Shown in pieces: positions 47,474 to 60,760 of a stretch of DNA of 64,000 nucleotides; the stretch's first letter is position 1; every line of letters starts with the position of its first letter. The stretch is from Psammoneis japonica. Taxonomy: Eukaryota. Under the pieces are notes generated by a model, which was not told the DNA's origin, made no database searches, and worked only from the letters and a program-made list of their open reading frames with translations. A program made the translations under genes and the position numbers. The DNA lies in contig QPGO01000039.1 in assembly GCA_008632985.1 (NCBI GenBank), positions 372,001 to 436,000 on the forward strand. The letters are read 5' to 3'.

Positions 47474-48321
47474 TGTGGTCTATAAGTTGTAGAGAATAAC
47501 GAAAGGCTGTGTGATGTCAAGGTCCAATTGCCATTGTGGATTGTCCGCTGTGTTGATGCGTTACGGCTTGACCGTTGAGCTTCAAATTTCAAAATCCCAG
47601 CATAATTAAATTTCCTTCATGAACGGTTATTGAATAAATTTGATGTTGCTGATTTTCATTCCGAACGAAGTCTTGACTTCGGCCATACCGGTATTTGATA
47701 GATTGCTACCAGGTACTCCTACTCTCTATCATAGCTACTAGATTTCTGTCAGTCGCCTCCTTCGCTTCACTCTTAATGCCGGTACAAACAGATCTTCGAC
47801 CTTACTTCGACCGACCTGTGAGCAGATCCTACTCTCTAGCCTACATGGCTGGTCGCTTTCGACCACCGCTCATGCCCTGTACAAGAACTTCAAGTTGATC
47901 TTCTCACGATGGTGACAGATGAGAATATGATGTGATGTGATTTACAAAGTGTGATTGAGATTTACAGTGCAAGTATACCGTCGACGAGTGAATGATTCTA
48001 AACGAGGAGTGGACCAAAAAAAATGACTCTTGATGCGTTCCTCACATCTTTCATTAGGTGTAACCGACATCCTAGCATCGATAGACATCGATACTTTGTC
48101 CCCAACATTCGCATCATACACTTTCTTTCACTGCCATTAAGGAACCGCGTTCAATGCTACATTTGAGAACCTGCAGTCGGAATCAAGAAACGCGTTAGTG
48201 GAGCCGAGGAAGGGCGACAAAGTCAAGGATACAAACACCTACCCGGTACCAATGCTTTTTGCATTGCTCAGCCGAAACACCTTAGAAATCTTTCTTTGAG
48301 ATCGTGTTCCAGCGGCATCCC

Positions 48322-51300
48322 TCTACAGAGTCTCGTCATCGAAGCTAGTCCAAATCTTCCTAGTAGGGACTGTGTCTCGATTCTCCGAATCAACTGAATC
48401 TCCCGGGTTCAAACGGGGCCAAAGAGTCTGCACAGGCGACAGAGAGATAAAATTGTTAGATGCAGTGCCGAAGCAACAGCGCGTACCGAGAAGTTACTTC
48501 ATCGATGACTTACTTGATCCCAATGGTAATTGCAAGATAAGGCAGAACGCAAACCGTAAAAATATTTTTCGGATATAGTTTTCCATTTGCGACCCTCGGT
48601 TTCGATTGCAGCACGAAGAGTCGCGTTGTCCGAGTCTGTCCAAGGCATTGCTACCAAATCCACATTCGCACCGTTCGTGTTCTCAGATAGGGCTCGTTTC
48701 TTTCGTTTCAACTTCACCTGCAGGGCCTGTAGACCAGAAAGTGAAAGGAAGCAAAAGTGTGGTTATGAGGTACGAAAGCCTCAGAACAAGCAAAGGTAGC
48801 CAGGAATCACTCTTACTTGATCCCAATGACTTGAACATTGACAAGAAGTGCGCTCGCCCTTGAAGTAGTTCTTCGAAATCTTCGCCCAGTTTCGTCCTTC
48901 TTTAGCTACAGCGACACGTAAGTTCTCGTCTTCCTCCGCCGTCCAGCGCTTTCTCTTCTTCGTGGTTTGAGTTACGGTGGCATCATTTCCAATTCCAGAA
49001 ACGGAAACGGAACTGGAAGAATCTTCGATGGCCACAAATTCGTCACTCTCAACGCTTGCGGTTTCACACACGGCCCCGTCTTTGCGTTTCAATTTTGAAT
49101 GAAGGGTCTGCAGAAAATAGAAATGGAAGGGAAGCCATAGTTGGCAAGAGATTATGCAAGTACCGATGGGAAAGGCACAGGACATGATTCTTACTTGATC
49201 CCAATGCGTCATACATTGAACAGGATTGCGCTCGCCCTTGAAGTAGCACATCGATATGTATGCCCAGCAACGTCCTTCTTTCGCTACAGCGGCACGTAGC
49301 TTCTCGTCTTCCTCCGCGGTCCAGAGCTTCTTCTTCTGCGTGGTTTGAGCTATGGTGCCATCATTATTTCCACTTCCAGAGCCGGTTAGAGCGGAACCAG
49401 CGTCAGCGGCGGCTTTATTTCCATGATCAGAACAGGGATCTCCTGATCCAACGGTTGTCGAAATCTCGGTACTCGCCTTGGGCCTATCTGCTGCGAACTC
49501 ACGTTGACGATCGGTTTGCGCTGTACCGACACATGCACCCGAAAAAACATCGATGTCAACAACATCGTCACTCTCAACGCTTGCGATTTCAGATACGGCC
49601 CCGTCTTTGTGCTTCGATTTCGGCTGAAGGGTCTGCAGAAAATAGAAATGGAAGGAAAGCAATCGTTTGGTATATGGGAGTGTGCAGGTACCGAAAGGAA
49701 AGGCACTGGACATGATTCTTACTTGATCCCAATGTTTTGAACATTGAACAGCAGTGCGCTCGCCCTTGAAGTAAGACATGGATATGAATTCCCAGCATCG
49801 TCCTTCTTTCGCTACAGCGGCACGCAGCTTCTCATCTTCCTCCGCAGTCCAGCGCTTCTTCTTCTTGTTCTTCTTCGCGCTTTGAGATACGGTGCCATCA
49901 TTTCCATTCCCAGAAACGGGAACGGAACCAGCATTAGCGGTGGAATCACTAATATTATCAGAACAGGGCTCTCCTGCTCCAACGGTTGTCGAAAGCTCGG
50001 TAATCTTCTTGGGCTTATCTGCTGCAAACTCACGTTGACGATCGGTTTGTGCGGTGCCAACACATAAACCCGAAGAATCATCGATGGCCCCAAAATCGTC
50101 ACTCTCAACGCTTGCGGTTTCACACACGGCCCCGTCTTTGCGTTTCGATTTCGACTGAAGGGCCTGCAGAAAATAGAAATGGAAGGAAAGCAATAGGTTC
50201 GTGTAAGGGAAAGTGCAAGTACCGAAAAGGAAGGGCACAGGACATGATTCTTACGTCATGCCAATGTTTAGAACATTGAGCAGCAGTGCACTCGCCGTTG
50301 AAGTAGTTCTTGGAGATCTTCGCCCAGTTTCGTCCTTCTTTAGCAACAGCGGCAAGCAGATTCTCGTCTTCCTCCGCCGTCCAGCGTTTCCTCTTCTTTA
50401 TGGCTTGAGCTACGTCTAGCCAGCTTCGTTCTTCCTTCTCTTCAGCGACAAGTAGTTGGCCGTCTTCTTCTGCCGTCCAACGCTGCCTTTCCTTCGTGGA
50501 GCGTGCACCGGCATGTCCATTTCCATAGTCGGAGCCGTGCTGAGTGGAATCAATAGCAGAGGTGGTGTCATTCTTTCCACCTTCAGAACCGGCCTTCCCC
50601 GATGCAAGGGTTGCTGCAACCTCTGTACGTTCACTGGCCCTGTTTGCCGCGACCTCACATCGAGTACCGTCATCGATGGCCCCAATATCGTCACTCTCAA
50701 CGCTTGCGATTTCAGATACAGCCCCGTCTTTGCGTTTCGATTTCGACTGAAGGGCCTGCAGAAAATAGAAATGGAAGGAAAGCAATAGGTTCGTGTAAGG
50801 GAAAGTGCAAGTACCGAAAATGAAAGGCACAGGACATGATTCTTACATTACGCCAATGATTTGAACATTGAGCAGCAGTGCACTCGCCCTTGAAGTAGTT
50901 CTTCGATATCTTCGCCCAGTTTCGTCCTTCTTTAGCAACAGCGGCACGTAGATTCTCGTCTTCCTCCGCAGTCCAGCGTTTCCTCGTCTTTGTGGCTTGA
51001 GCTACGTCTAGCCAGCTTCGTTCTTCCTTCTCTTCAGCGACAAGTAGTCGTTCGTCTTCCTCTGCCGTCCAACGCTGCCTTTCCTTCGCAGTGCGTGCAC
51101 CGGCACGTCCATTGCCATGGTTGGAGCCGGGCTGAGTGGACTCAATAGCAGAGGTGGTGTCATTCTTTCCACCTTCAGAACCGGCATGCATCGATGCAAG
51201 GGTTGCTAAAACCTCTTTACGTTCGCTGGGCCTGTCTGCCGCGACCTCGCATCGAGCACCGTGTTGGGTTGTGCCAAGCGATTCTCCCCAAGAGTTGATG

Positions 51301-52403
51301 GACACTGAGAGAGGTATCTGCGAACCGTTTTCTTCCCTAAAACTCATACTATTAGGTAAGAAATAATACGGCCTGTGGATCTGTCAAGGGAAATGCGAAT
51401 TAGGTTAGACCGAGAGGAATTCAGTTACAAGCACTACACGCGAGACCTAAACCACAACGCGAGACGACTTACCTGTTCCCAGCGATCTTGGCAGTCCTTG
51501 GCAGACCGGACTCCGCGAAAAAAGTAATACGATATCGCGTTCCAATTGGACGCCTCAATCACCACGGCACCCCGGAGTTTCTCATCCTCCGACTTGGTCC
51601 AGTGCTTCTGCTTCCGAGGATCGCGCAAAGAATTGACCTTGTCTGATGAAACTGTGGGCACATGTTTTATGCCTCTCTTCAACTTCGTTTTCTCATTACA
51701 AGAGATGATCCATCCAGGATGTAACAGGCGCTCATTACATGGACGTTTTTCCTGATTAGTGCACGCTGGCATTGCAATCTCGAGTGAAGCCATGAAAGGA
51801 AATTGTATCTTTGGTGAGTATAACCAGCCACAAAACGCAGCACGCACTCTAGAGTTTGTATCTTTTACCTCACACCACCGCGCCATGCACTGCAAATCCG
51901 ATCGCAAGCCACGAAAGTATTGGGTGGATACGACATGCCAATTGCATCCCTCCTTTTCGGCAGCGTAAATGAGGATTTTGTCCTCTTCATCTTCCCACTT
52001 GTTGCCGCCGCCGTAATAGATCCCACAACCTTGTACTGGAGCCTCTGCGGACGAAATGTTCGTCTTGATGTTTGTGAATAAAACAGAATACAAACGGCGA
52101 GTGAGATGCTATGTTTGTGTATCCATCGCGACAGATACAGTACGCCGCAACCAAGACAAACGGGACAGACGGTGCACGAGGGAACACGAGCGATAGGAAA
52201 GTGTATTGACAGTTCGTCGACTACGAGGTACTCACTGTCCGCTCTTCTCGAGTATGAGCCATAGATCTAAGCGTTTGGGCCGCTTGCGATTCACACGGCA
52301 AGAGAGATTCCGTTTGCGACGTGCGAGCGGCGTGCGGAATACCGGCAATCGTATTGGCGTTCATGTCGACAGGGGCGGAATACCTTGTCGACGCTGTATT
52401 CAT
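48322..52403 (-). CDS. Multi-exon Myb/SANT-repeat protein (about 8 full repeats, 2 half repeats, degenerate final repeat)
   Basis: Repeated WTAEEDE.LR.AVAKEGR.W..IS..YFKGER...QC..HW.Q, each followed by a GT..AG intron. Start and end are approximate. Confidence 0.8.
48720..51260 (-). repeat. Tandem exon+intron duplications (periods ~525, 531 and 592 bp)
   Basis: The near-identical acceptor (plus strand CTGCAGAAAATAGAAATGGAAGG) occurs at 49108, 49633, 50164 and 50756. Confidence 0.9.
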
Positions 52404-53922
52404 CTTGTATACAATAGGCTGGATGATTCGAATAGAGAGACAACGAGTGATGGATGTATACGGCGAGTGCGTTGAAAGCTTTGAGTCTAACGCTGCCGCC
52501 GCTGTTGTTGTTGTTGTTGCCGTCGGGTTTTTGTGTGTCATTGCTTTCGAGGGCAGATCTTTTCTCGTAGAAGGTCGGTATTGGTCTACACCCGTATGGT
52601 TTCTACGCAGAGCCGCGTAGGGCGAGAATTTGAAAGCGGCGCGCCACAAGTTGCGTCATGGAGCTCGAAGAACTCGCTTTCTCTTCCCTTCACGTGAAAT
52701 TGAAAGCAGGACACTCATGCATTTCTCCAATTCAAGCACAAGCTTATTGCGTCCTGGTACCTGATTAAGCATTGCCTTTTTTGGTCCCATGGTGGTTTTG
52801 TACAGCCGAAAACCGAAACCGGCAGATTCCGCTTCCTCGGCAACGATGCGCTCAACACCAACAGTACACGACTACGGCACAGCGAAAAGTCCTTGCTTGT
52901 ATTCTCATGGGCGTACCGTAGTGCTCCAAAAAAGACATTTCTTGGCAAAGAAACCCTTTTTCCTCCTGCTTTCGCACTGCGCTTTCGCCTGTTGCCCTCT
53001 TCTTGGCTTCGTCGTGGGCATGTCGAAACACAAATAATGTACAGGAGCAATCCGCAATTTTACCCAGGAAGAAAGTCTCTAACAATTATCTTTTTTCTTG
53101 GGGACCGTTTCCGTCAAAACACTATATACAAATTCATGCAACAAAACTTGGAAACGCAACATCATGCGTATTATTCTCACTTGTTCTCATTGATAGCATG
53201 ACTTCTTGACTACCCAGAAAAGAGAGCGGCTTCTTTTGTAGAGTAGCGATTTTTGTTCCTTACGGTTCTTGACCGACATTGGTCCATAGTTACAACAAAA
53301 TATCGGATGCAAATCAATGTCAAAATCATGCAAGACCCGACGTGCGTGCACTCGACTACAGGATAGTGGCTAGCAATCGATTCGTCGTTTGCCTTTTTGA
53401 GAATGAAGAAACATCAAACTCATGCGGTCATACGCTCATCAAAAATATAAAATCACAATGGATGCAAGCGTCGGCATTTGTCGTTTTTTCCCCTCAAGCG
53501 ATCGCCAGGCTGTAGCGCCTCTCGAGTTGGCGCTATACTACAAAGGAGACACTCTCCATCCAACATGCGCGTGGAATGTGTGTTGTTGTTGCGAGTCAAA
53601 AATTCGTGACTTTTGCTTGGTACAATCTCTGAGGAGGAGGAGGCAGCACACAATCGATCAGGCAGTCATTCCCAGAGCAGCAACAGCAGAACCCAAGGCG
53701 TCGTTTTTGGTATTGCAAGATTTTCTCGTTTCACACACACACACAACGCCATTGTCTTGTCGCGGCGGCACATTTCATTTTGTCTCGCGCGATCACTGGA
53801 ATGAAAGGACAAACAGCCAAACAGACAAAACCTAATCGAACGAATCAATCGATAAAACGCTCGGCATCGCGCGGTCGCGCGGGACCTGCCACCAACAGAA
53901 AGGCGAAAACGGGCCATGGGCC

Positions 53923-56900
53923 ATGATGATGGCGAGAGAGAACAGCGGTGAGATGCGAGAAGCCAAGAGCACTGGCGTTTTGGTTGGTCCAGATCTCAAT
54001 CCGTCTCGTACACCTCTGGATAAGAAGCTTTACAGGCAGATTTTGCTACCCAACGGGTTACGTGCACTCTTGATATCCGACACGGTTGCAATCCATCAAC
54101 AACAACATCACAGCGGTGGCGGCTACTACTGCTCGGACAGTGATGATGAAGAGAGCTCGTCCAAAGACGAAGAAGATAGTCATGACAATGATGATTCCGA
54201 GTGCAGTACGGATGATGAGGGGTTGCGTGACGCTGCAGCTGCGGTATTGGTGGGAGTCGGCTCCATGTATGATCCTCCCGAGTTACAAGGACTGGCCCAT
54301 TTTCTAGAACACATGCTATTCATGGGAACGGAGAAATTTCCGGATGAAAATGCCTTTGATGCATTTTTGAGTAAAAGCGGAGGAAGCGATAATGCTTATA
54401 CGGACTTTGAACAAACAGTCTATCATTTGGAGATACCACAAGAAAGTTTCTTTCAAGCTCTCGACATGTTGGCGCAATTCTTTATACGCCCACTCATGCT
54501 GGAGGATGCTGTTGAACGGGAACTAAACAGCATTGAATCCGAGTTTCACTTGTGTAAGCGGGGGGATGATTCAAGATCGTTGGGAGTCATGGCTCAAACT
54601 TGTGGACACGACGAACACCCGTTTGCCTCCTTTTCGTGGGGAAACCTCAAGAGTCTCAAGGTATGTGAGTCAGTCAGTCAGCGATTTCGTTCTAGTGCTG
54701 TAGGTTATATTACAATGTTCTTATTTGAAACCATGTTGTTTGTTGTTTTTACAGGATATTCCAGAAAAGAATGGTGTGAACGTAATGGAGGAGCTGAGAA
54801 AGTTCTACGACCAGGTAAGTTGAAGAATTGCCTGGAAATTTGAAGTCGTCAGCGTTCTAATCTGTCTCTCTGCTCTACTTTGTAGTATTATTATGCATCC
54901 AATATGCGTTTAGCCGTGATTGGAGCATATTCACTGGACGAATTGGAAGAGCGGGTCGTAAGTTATTTCTCGAATGTACCTGCAGAGCCACGACAAGTGT
55001 CTCCGATACAGCCACAGATTGACAATGCAAAGTCGTGGGATGGGACCTACCATTCAGCCATTGCAAGATATAAAGAGCCCTTCAAAGCAACATCCATGGG
55101 CGTCGTCTACCGCATTGTTCCAGTCAATGATGCTCACACGCTCACAATTACGTGGCAGCTCCCACCTCAATTTTCCAATTGGAAGTCCAAACCAGGCGAC
55201 TATCTTTCTCACCTGCTGGGTCATGAATCAAAGGGCTCCGTTTTGTCCTCTCTCAAATCAAAATCTTGGGTCACGGCTCTTTATGCGGGGATTGGTGACC
55301 AAGGCTTTGAGGTGCGTTGGTTGAAACGAGTGGAAAGGGAAGAGAATTGCGAAATCGTCGTTTTCGTTTCGCTCTTACACTGTTGCGTTTCGTGAATACA
55401 TTTTTATTTCGCAGAATGCATCGTCACATGCACTCTTTAGCATTTCCATTTCCTTGTCTGTCGAGGGAGCATCCAACTGGATTGAAGTTGCCCGTGAAGT
55501 GTTTGCATATATTGGAATGTTGAGATACCATTGCTTGCATGAACTGCCTCTTTGGATTTACGAGGAACTCAAATCCATACAGCAACTGAGCTACCGCTAT
55601 GAAGATGAATCGCCAGCAGAAGATTTGGTACAAGAGTTGGTGGAGGAAATGGCACCGCATCAGGCACTCCCACCAGAACGCCTCTTGGATGGGTCGTCTC
55701 TCTTGTTTGAATACGATAAAGAGGCAATCAAGGTGAAATTGTGGGTTGATGTTTGCCTGCCATTGTCTCATTGTTCTCACTTGGTAGTTGTTCCGCTTGT
55801 CGACCGCGACATTATTTTGTTTGTAGGATCTACTGAATAACTACTTGGTACCAAGCAACGCTCGATTTGATCTCATGTCGTCCGCCTTTGGTCGTTCGAC
55901 CGATTTTTCGGATGAAGTTGAAGAGACCTTGTCGTTGTCGGCCGACATTGACATGGAAGCGATCGAACCCGATGATGACGGCAAGTTTAGCCCAGAACTG
56001 GCTGGCCCACCGCTTGTGGATCCCATCTTTGGAACCCGATTTTGGTGTCATCGCCTCACCGAAACGACATTGAATTTGCTTGGAACCGCTTCCCTCCCTC
56101 GCCTTGACCCTTCTTCTTGTCTCTGCCTCCCACCTCCCAACCCCTTTGTGCCGACCAATTTTGAACTAAAGCCATTGCCACCACACGATAGTCACCACCC
56201 GCTCGTCCGTTGTTCTCTGAAAGTTTGTGTCTTGGTTGGGAAACGAAAGGTACGAAGCATCTAGCGGTCGTGGCAACACATGGTGGAAAATTTATTCTTA
56301 TTCTCATTTTGGCTGTTGAGTCTATCTACCGCAGTCATGGTTTCCTGCAACGGCAACCAAGTACGACAGCACCAAGAATTTGATTCTTCTCTCCTACGAA
56401 GACGAGGACGAGAAATGGCACAAGGTTGATGCTGTCGGAAAATTCCCGCACGTTTCTCCAAACTTTGAGGGAACCTTTGATGACAAGCAACTCAAGTACC
56501 GAGTTGTGGCAGCCGCGTTGGAAGGACAAGAGCCGACATTAAAGTTTGGCGATGACAGTGATCACCATGTGGAGGAAGGCATGCATTTTCCTCCAATACC
56601 ACCCGCCATGGATGAATCCCGTCTGCCGCAGCTTGTTGTCGATAACAAGGTAAGCAACGAATCGAATCATCACAAGCGTAGCGTGACTATCCGTCCTCCA
56701 TTATCACTTCTCACTTCCCCTTCTTCCCCAATATTATCAGACCTTGAAGTTTTGGTACCTTCAAGACCGACGATTCAAAAGACCTTGCGCGGAGTTTCGA
56801 ATTCGCATTATATGTGCCGCCGCACGATCCACACCACTCGAGGATGCTTGCACCGACTTGTTGGTGATCTTGTTTGACGATGCAGTATCTGAAATATGCT

Positions 56901-58226
56901 ACTTGGCAAGTATCTGCGAACTTGGAAGTAGCATTCAATCCAGTGTCGTTGGGTTGATCCTTCGGGTGCACGGCTTTAATGACAAGTTGCTTAATTTGGT
57001 GGAATTGCTAGTCAAGAGGCTCTTTAGCTTTCGAGGTAGAAAGCCACAAGAGGGACTACCGGATATCGAACAGAAACGTTTTGACGCGTGCTTTGAACAG
57101 CTGCAGCGACGATATGCAAACCACGGACTCCGGGCTTCTAAGCTTTGCTCGGACGTAAGGCTGCGTTGCCTACAGAAAAGAGGATGGTCTTCACACGCAA
57201 AGGTGAGGTTCGCCAAGACCTGGTCTTGAACACACGCGCTTGGTTGACAACTTGCTAACAAGGCTCGTTCTCTTCTTTTTCCATAACACCCAGTCCAAGG
57301 CTTTACAGGACCTGTCTACCGCTTGTTTTGTGGAAACCATTTCTGGCCTATTAAGCCGTATACATGTCGAAGCATTTTATCACGGAAACGTTGATGTACC
57401 CGCGGCCGAAGTTGCCGCAAACATGTTGACGAGGCTCATCAACGAGTCTGGTGGTGGCGGCTTGTCAAGAAAGCAATTTCCATCTTTGCAAGTGATTCAA
57501 ATCCCACTCACCACCACCACAGCACTGCACACTATTACCGTACCTGCCAAGGACCCCGACGAGCCAAACACGGCAATCGAATATTATTTGCAGGTAGACA
57601 GAGACAATTTGATGCAACGCGTCTTGATTGACGTCATCATACAAATCATGTCGGAACCCTTTTATGACCAGTTGAGAAGCAAAGATCAATTTGGTTACGA
57701 CGTGTCGTGTGATTCTCGGTGGACCTTTGGCGTCATTGGGATGCATTTGCGAGTTGTTACTTCCACCAAGGACGCTACTGAAACGACGATACGAATCGAA
57801 AGATTCCTTGCCGAATTTCGAAAACATCTTCAAGACATGACGCAAGATGACTTCATGCAACACGTGATTGGATTGGCAAAGTCCAAGTTGCTTGCGCCAA
57901 CGTGGCTCGAAGAAGAGTGCGACAATTTGTGGGCCGAGATTTGTGATTTTCGATATGAATGGCAAATTCAAAGGAACGAAGTGTTGTGCCTCAAAAGCAT
58001 TACCAAAGAACAAGTTCTCGAGGCCTATGATGATTATTTCATGCCGGAGAACGGAATCAAACGGCGAGTTTTAGTCGTTCAAGTCATTGGAACCAAGGAC
58101 AAGCAGTCTTCATTTCAAGAAACGCGTCCTTTGGATGTGGGAGAATTTGTGGTTGAGCAGATTCGAGCCTTTCAGGCTGAGTCACGTTGTCGGACGTGGG
58201 GCAACATTTTACTAAAGACTGATTGA
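53923..58226 (+). CDS. Nardilysin/insulysin-like M16A metallopeptidase
   Basis: GLAHFLEHMLFMG (HxxEH) and an acidic insert after LPNGLRALLISD. Introns 54661-54754, 54815-54885, 55312-55414, 55733-55826, 56250-56334, 56650-56740 and 57203-57293 give a continuous frame. Confidence 0.92.
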
Positions 58227-58279
58227 AATCGGATGGGTTGCTCCTTTCTGTAGAGACAAGTGAGTTTCAAAGCAATTTG

Positions 58280-60230
58280 GATGCTGGCCACCTCTAAACC
58301 CTAGAGCATCATGCTGTTCCATCATTGACCATTTCCATAATTGATTGTAACAAGCTGGTGACTCCAGAAAGGTGTCTGGACTTTAAAGAGCCTTCTCAGA
58401 GTGACTTAGGCAAGCACGAAGGCGCTTGGTTGGTTTTGTGCTTTTGTTGATGTGATGAGACGCCACTGACCAACCACATGCACACACGGTGGATTGGTGG
58501 TGCCCGTGTTGCAGTGCATCAACAAAGACTGCACAAAAGGCACAAGCTGTGGCAAGATGCTTTCGAAACTCATGCTGCAGTTAGCGGTGTGTTGCTGTCT
58601 CTCACCTCAATGACGTGAGCAAGGGAGCCAGCCCACAAATCCTTTGCCATCTTTTGCACAACCAGCCACAACCCCAGGGGAGCTTTCCATCCCTGGCGCT
58701 TGTCATTTTTTCATCAAAAAACTTGTTCTCAGAACTGCATTGCTGGTGATGCCTTTCCTGTGGTGCAAGCTGCTTGACACCCCAAGTTTTGCCAAGGTGT
58801 TCACAGTGAACATCTTCTCTTGGCTGCTGCTCTTCCCTTTGTCATCCACACAGAGATGCTGCCACAGGTTTTTGCCATGCCACAGGTGTGCACCCAGAGC
58901 CCATCACAGCCTGGACTTTTTCCACTCCTGCACAAAGTTGCCATGGTCTGTTTGGAGCCTGCGCCATCTGAGTTGCCTTTTGCACCCACCTGTGACCCAA
59001 ATGGTGCTGCTGGGCTTCTGTCATGTTTTGGTGACAAAAGAGAAGCCATGGTTGGAGCCTTGGCACATTTTTCAGATTTGGCAGTCTTGCTCAAAGAAGC
59101 TTTGCCTTTGCCACACTCATGATGTTTTGCGAGATGACAAAAGTAAAGAATGATGAGGTCTCAGTTTGGCCAGCAAGCTGACAGTGTCAAAAACAAGTCA
59201 CAAAGCTGCGAACCAACTCAAACTGAGCAGCGCTTTGCCATTTTTGTGAAAAGTGTTTGCTTCAACTCAGCAAACATTTTTCAAGCAATGCAAGCAATCA
59301 AACAAAGAAGAAAAACAAGCTTTCTTTGTCTTGCAGCTTTGTTTTAATCATGGTTGAACACAGCAAAGCTTGGGAAGCTTTGGCACATGGAGCAAGAGCC
59401 ACATGGAGAAATTGAAGTCAGGTGTCCTCAAGTTTGACCCTGGCTTTCAACTGTGTCAAAGCAAGGCCTGTTGCTGCTGCTGGCAACAGCTTGATGCCTT
59501 TGTGAAATCAAGATTGCACTTTGCCAAATTTGCTGAAAAAAATTAAAATGGTTTGGACCGACATTGCTGATGAAAAGGAAGCTGCCGATTGCCGCAAATG
59601 TTGTGGCTGGTCATTTGATGAACAAATGCCTGGGAACAAAAAGTTTGGTTGCAGTTGCCTCCTCATTCACTGTGGTCTCCTCCTCTTTCTCTGCATCTGC
59701 AGTGGCCAACTTGCCCTCTGCAATGTCTGCAACTTTGCTGTTGTCTCCAACTGCTGCAACATTTTTCTGCTCCCCCCTTGCTCCCCTCCTGTTCCCTCGC
59801 TCCAAAGCAGCTGCCAATTCCATCTTTTGCCTTCAACTTTTTGTGCCTGATCCCATTTGGCAGCACTTCACTTTTTTCCAATCTTGCAATGGCCAGCTTG
59901 TTGCTCCCACACATGTTTGTGCCTCCTGCACCATGTTGCTGGCTTTGTTTCTCGTTCAGCTCCTGGCTGCCTTTCTGGCAACGTCCATTGCCCCAAAATC
60001 CAATGGACACCTTTGTTTCCATTGGAGCTCACTTTGACTCTCTTTGTTCTCTTCTCAACTGCCAATGGTTCCTGACAGTTGCCACTGCCCTTCCTCTGCA
60101 TGCCCCATCTCGCTCTGCTGCGCAGCATGTCGCTCTCCCCTGAATGCACCACGCGCACCAAGCGATGCATGCCCCACGGACGGGCACCAACCAAACATTT
60201 CCATCTGAAGCTGTCCGCCCTCCAAGCTGG
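58280..60230. mobile_element. TpA/CpG-depleted decayed sequence
   Basis: Dinucleotide depletion; Tyr-free ORFs; no domain recognised. Confidence 0.4.
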
Positions 60231-60760
60231 GAAGACCCTGTCGCAAATCAGCTAATTTAAAACAAATCGACTGACAAAAGTCATTATGATTTTGCTGCCG
60301 TAAGTACAAAATGGGGGCCACCGGAATCACAGCATAAGCTCCGGGTTCACGGGCAGATAATGCATCGTCTGCAGTAGCTACCGTATGTTGAGTCTGAGTT
60401 ATCTCTACTGATGGTAGGTCCTCTACTCTAGTAGACGAGCAAGTGCAAAACAAACAGAAGAAGTGGCTGAAGCTACATGTGCTCTCTAGAAAGCTGCCTG
60501 GTGCACAGAACGGCGCAATTTCGTTGGCAAGTCGTTTGCGATAACGCAAGCATTCGTTTGATCATGTTGATGTGAGCGCCGGATTTCAGCGCTGCACCGT
60601 GTTTCCCACAAAATGATGACGTCCGGTCATGCGTCGATACTGAATAGCATTTCGACAAAGCGAGACGTGTATTCACTTTCAACTTCGTATTGATGAAGTT
60701 CTGCATATGTTTTTTTCAATATGGCGCACGGTACTGGTATTTCCACATCCACCGATTGCA

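Noticed and set aside
48720..51260. CRISPR-like repeat/spacer array
   Set aside because: The units are 500-600 bp exon+intron duplications of a Myb gene; no cas genes; eukaryotic context.
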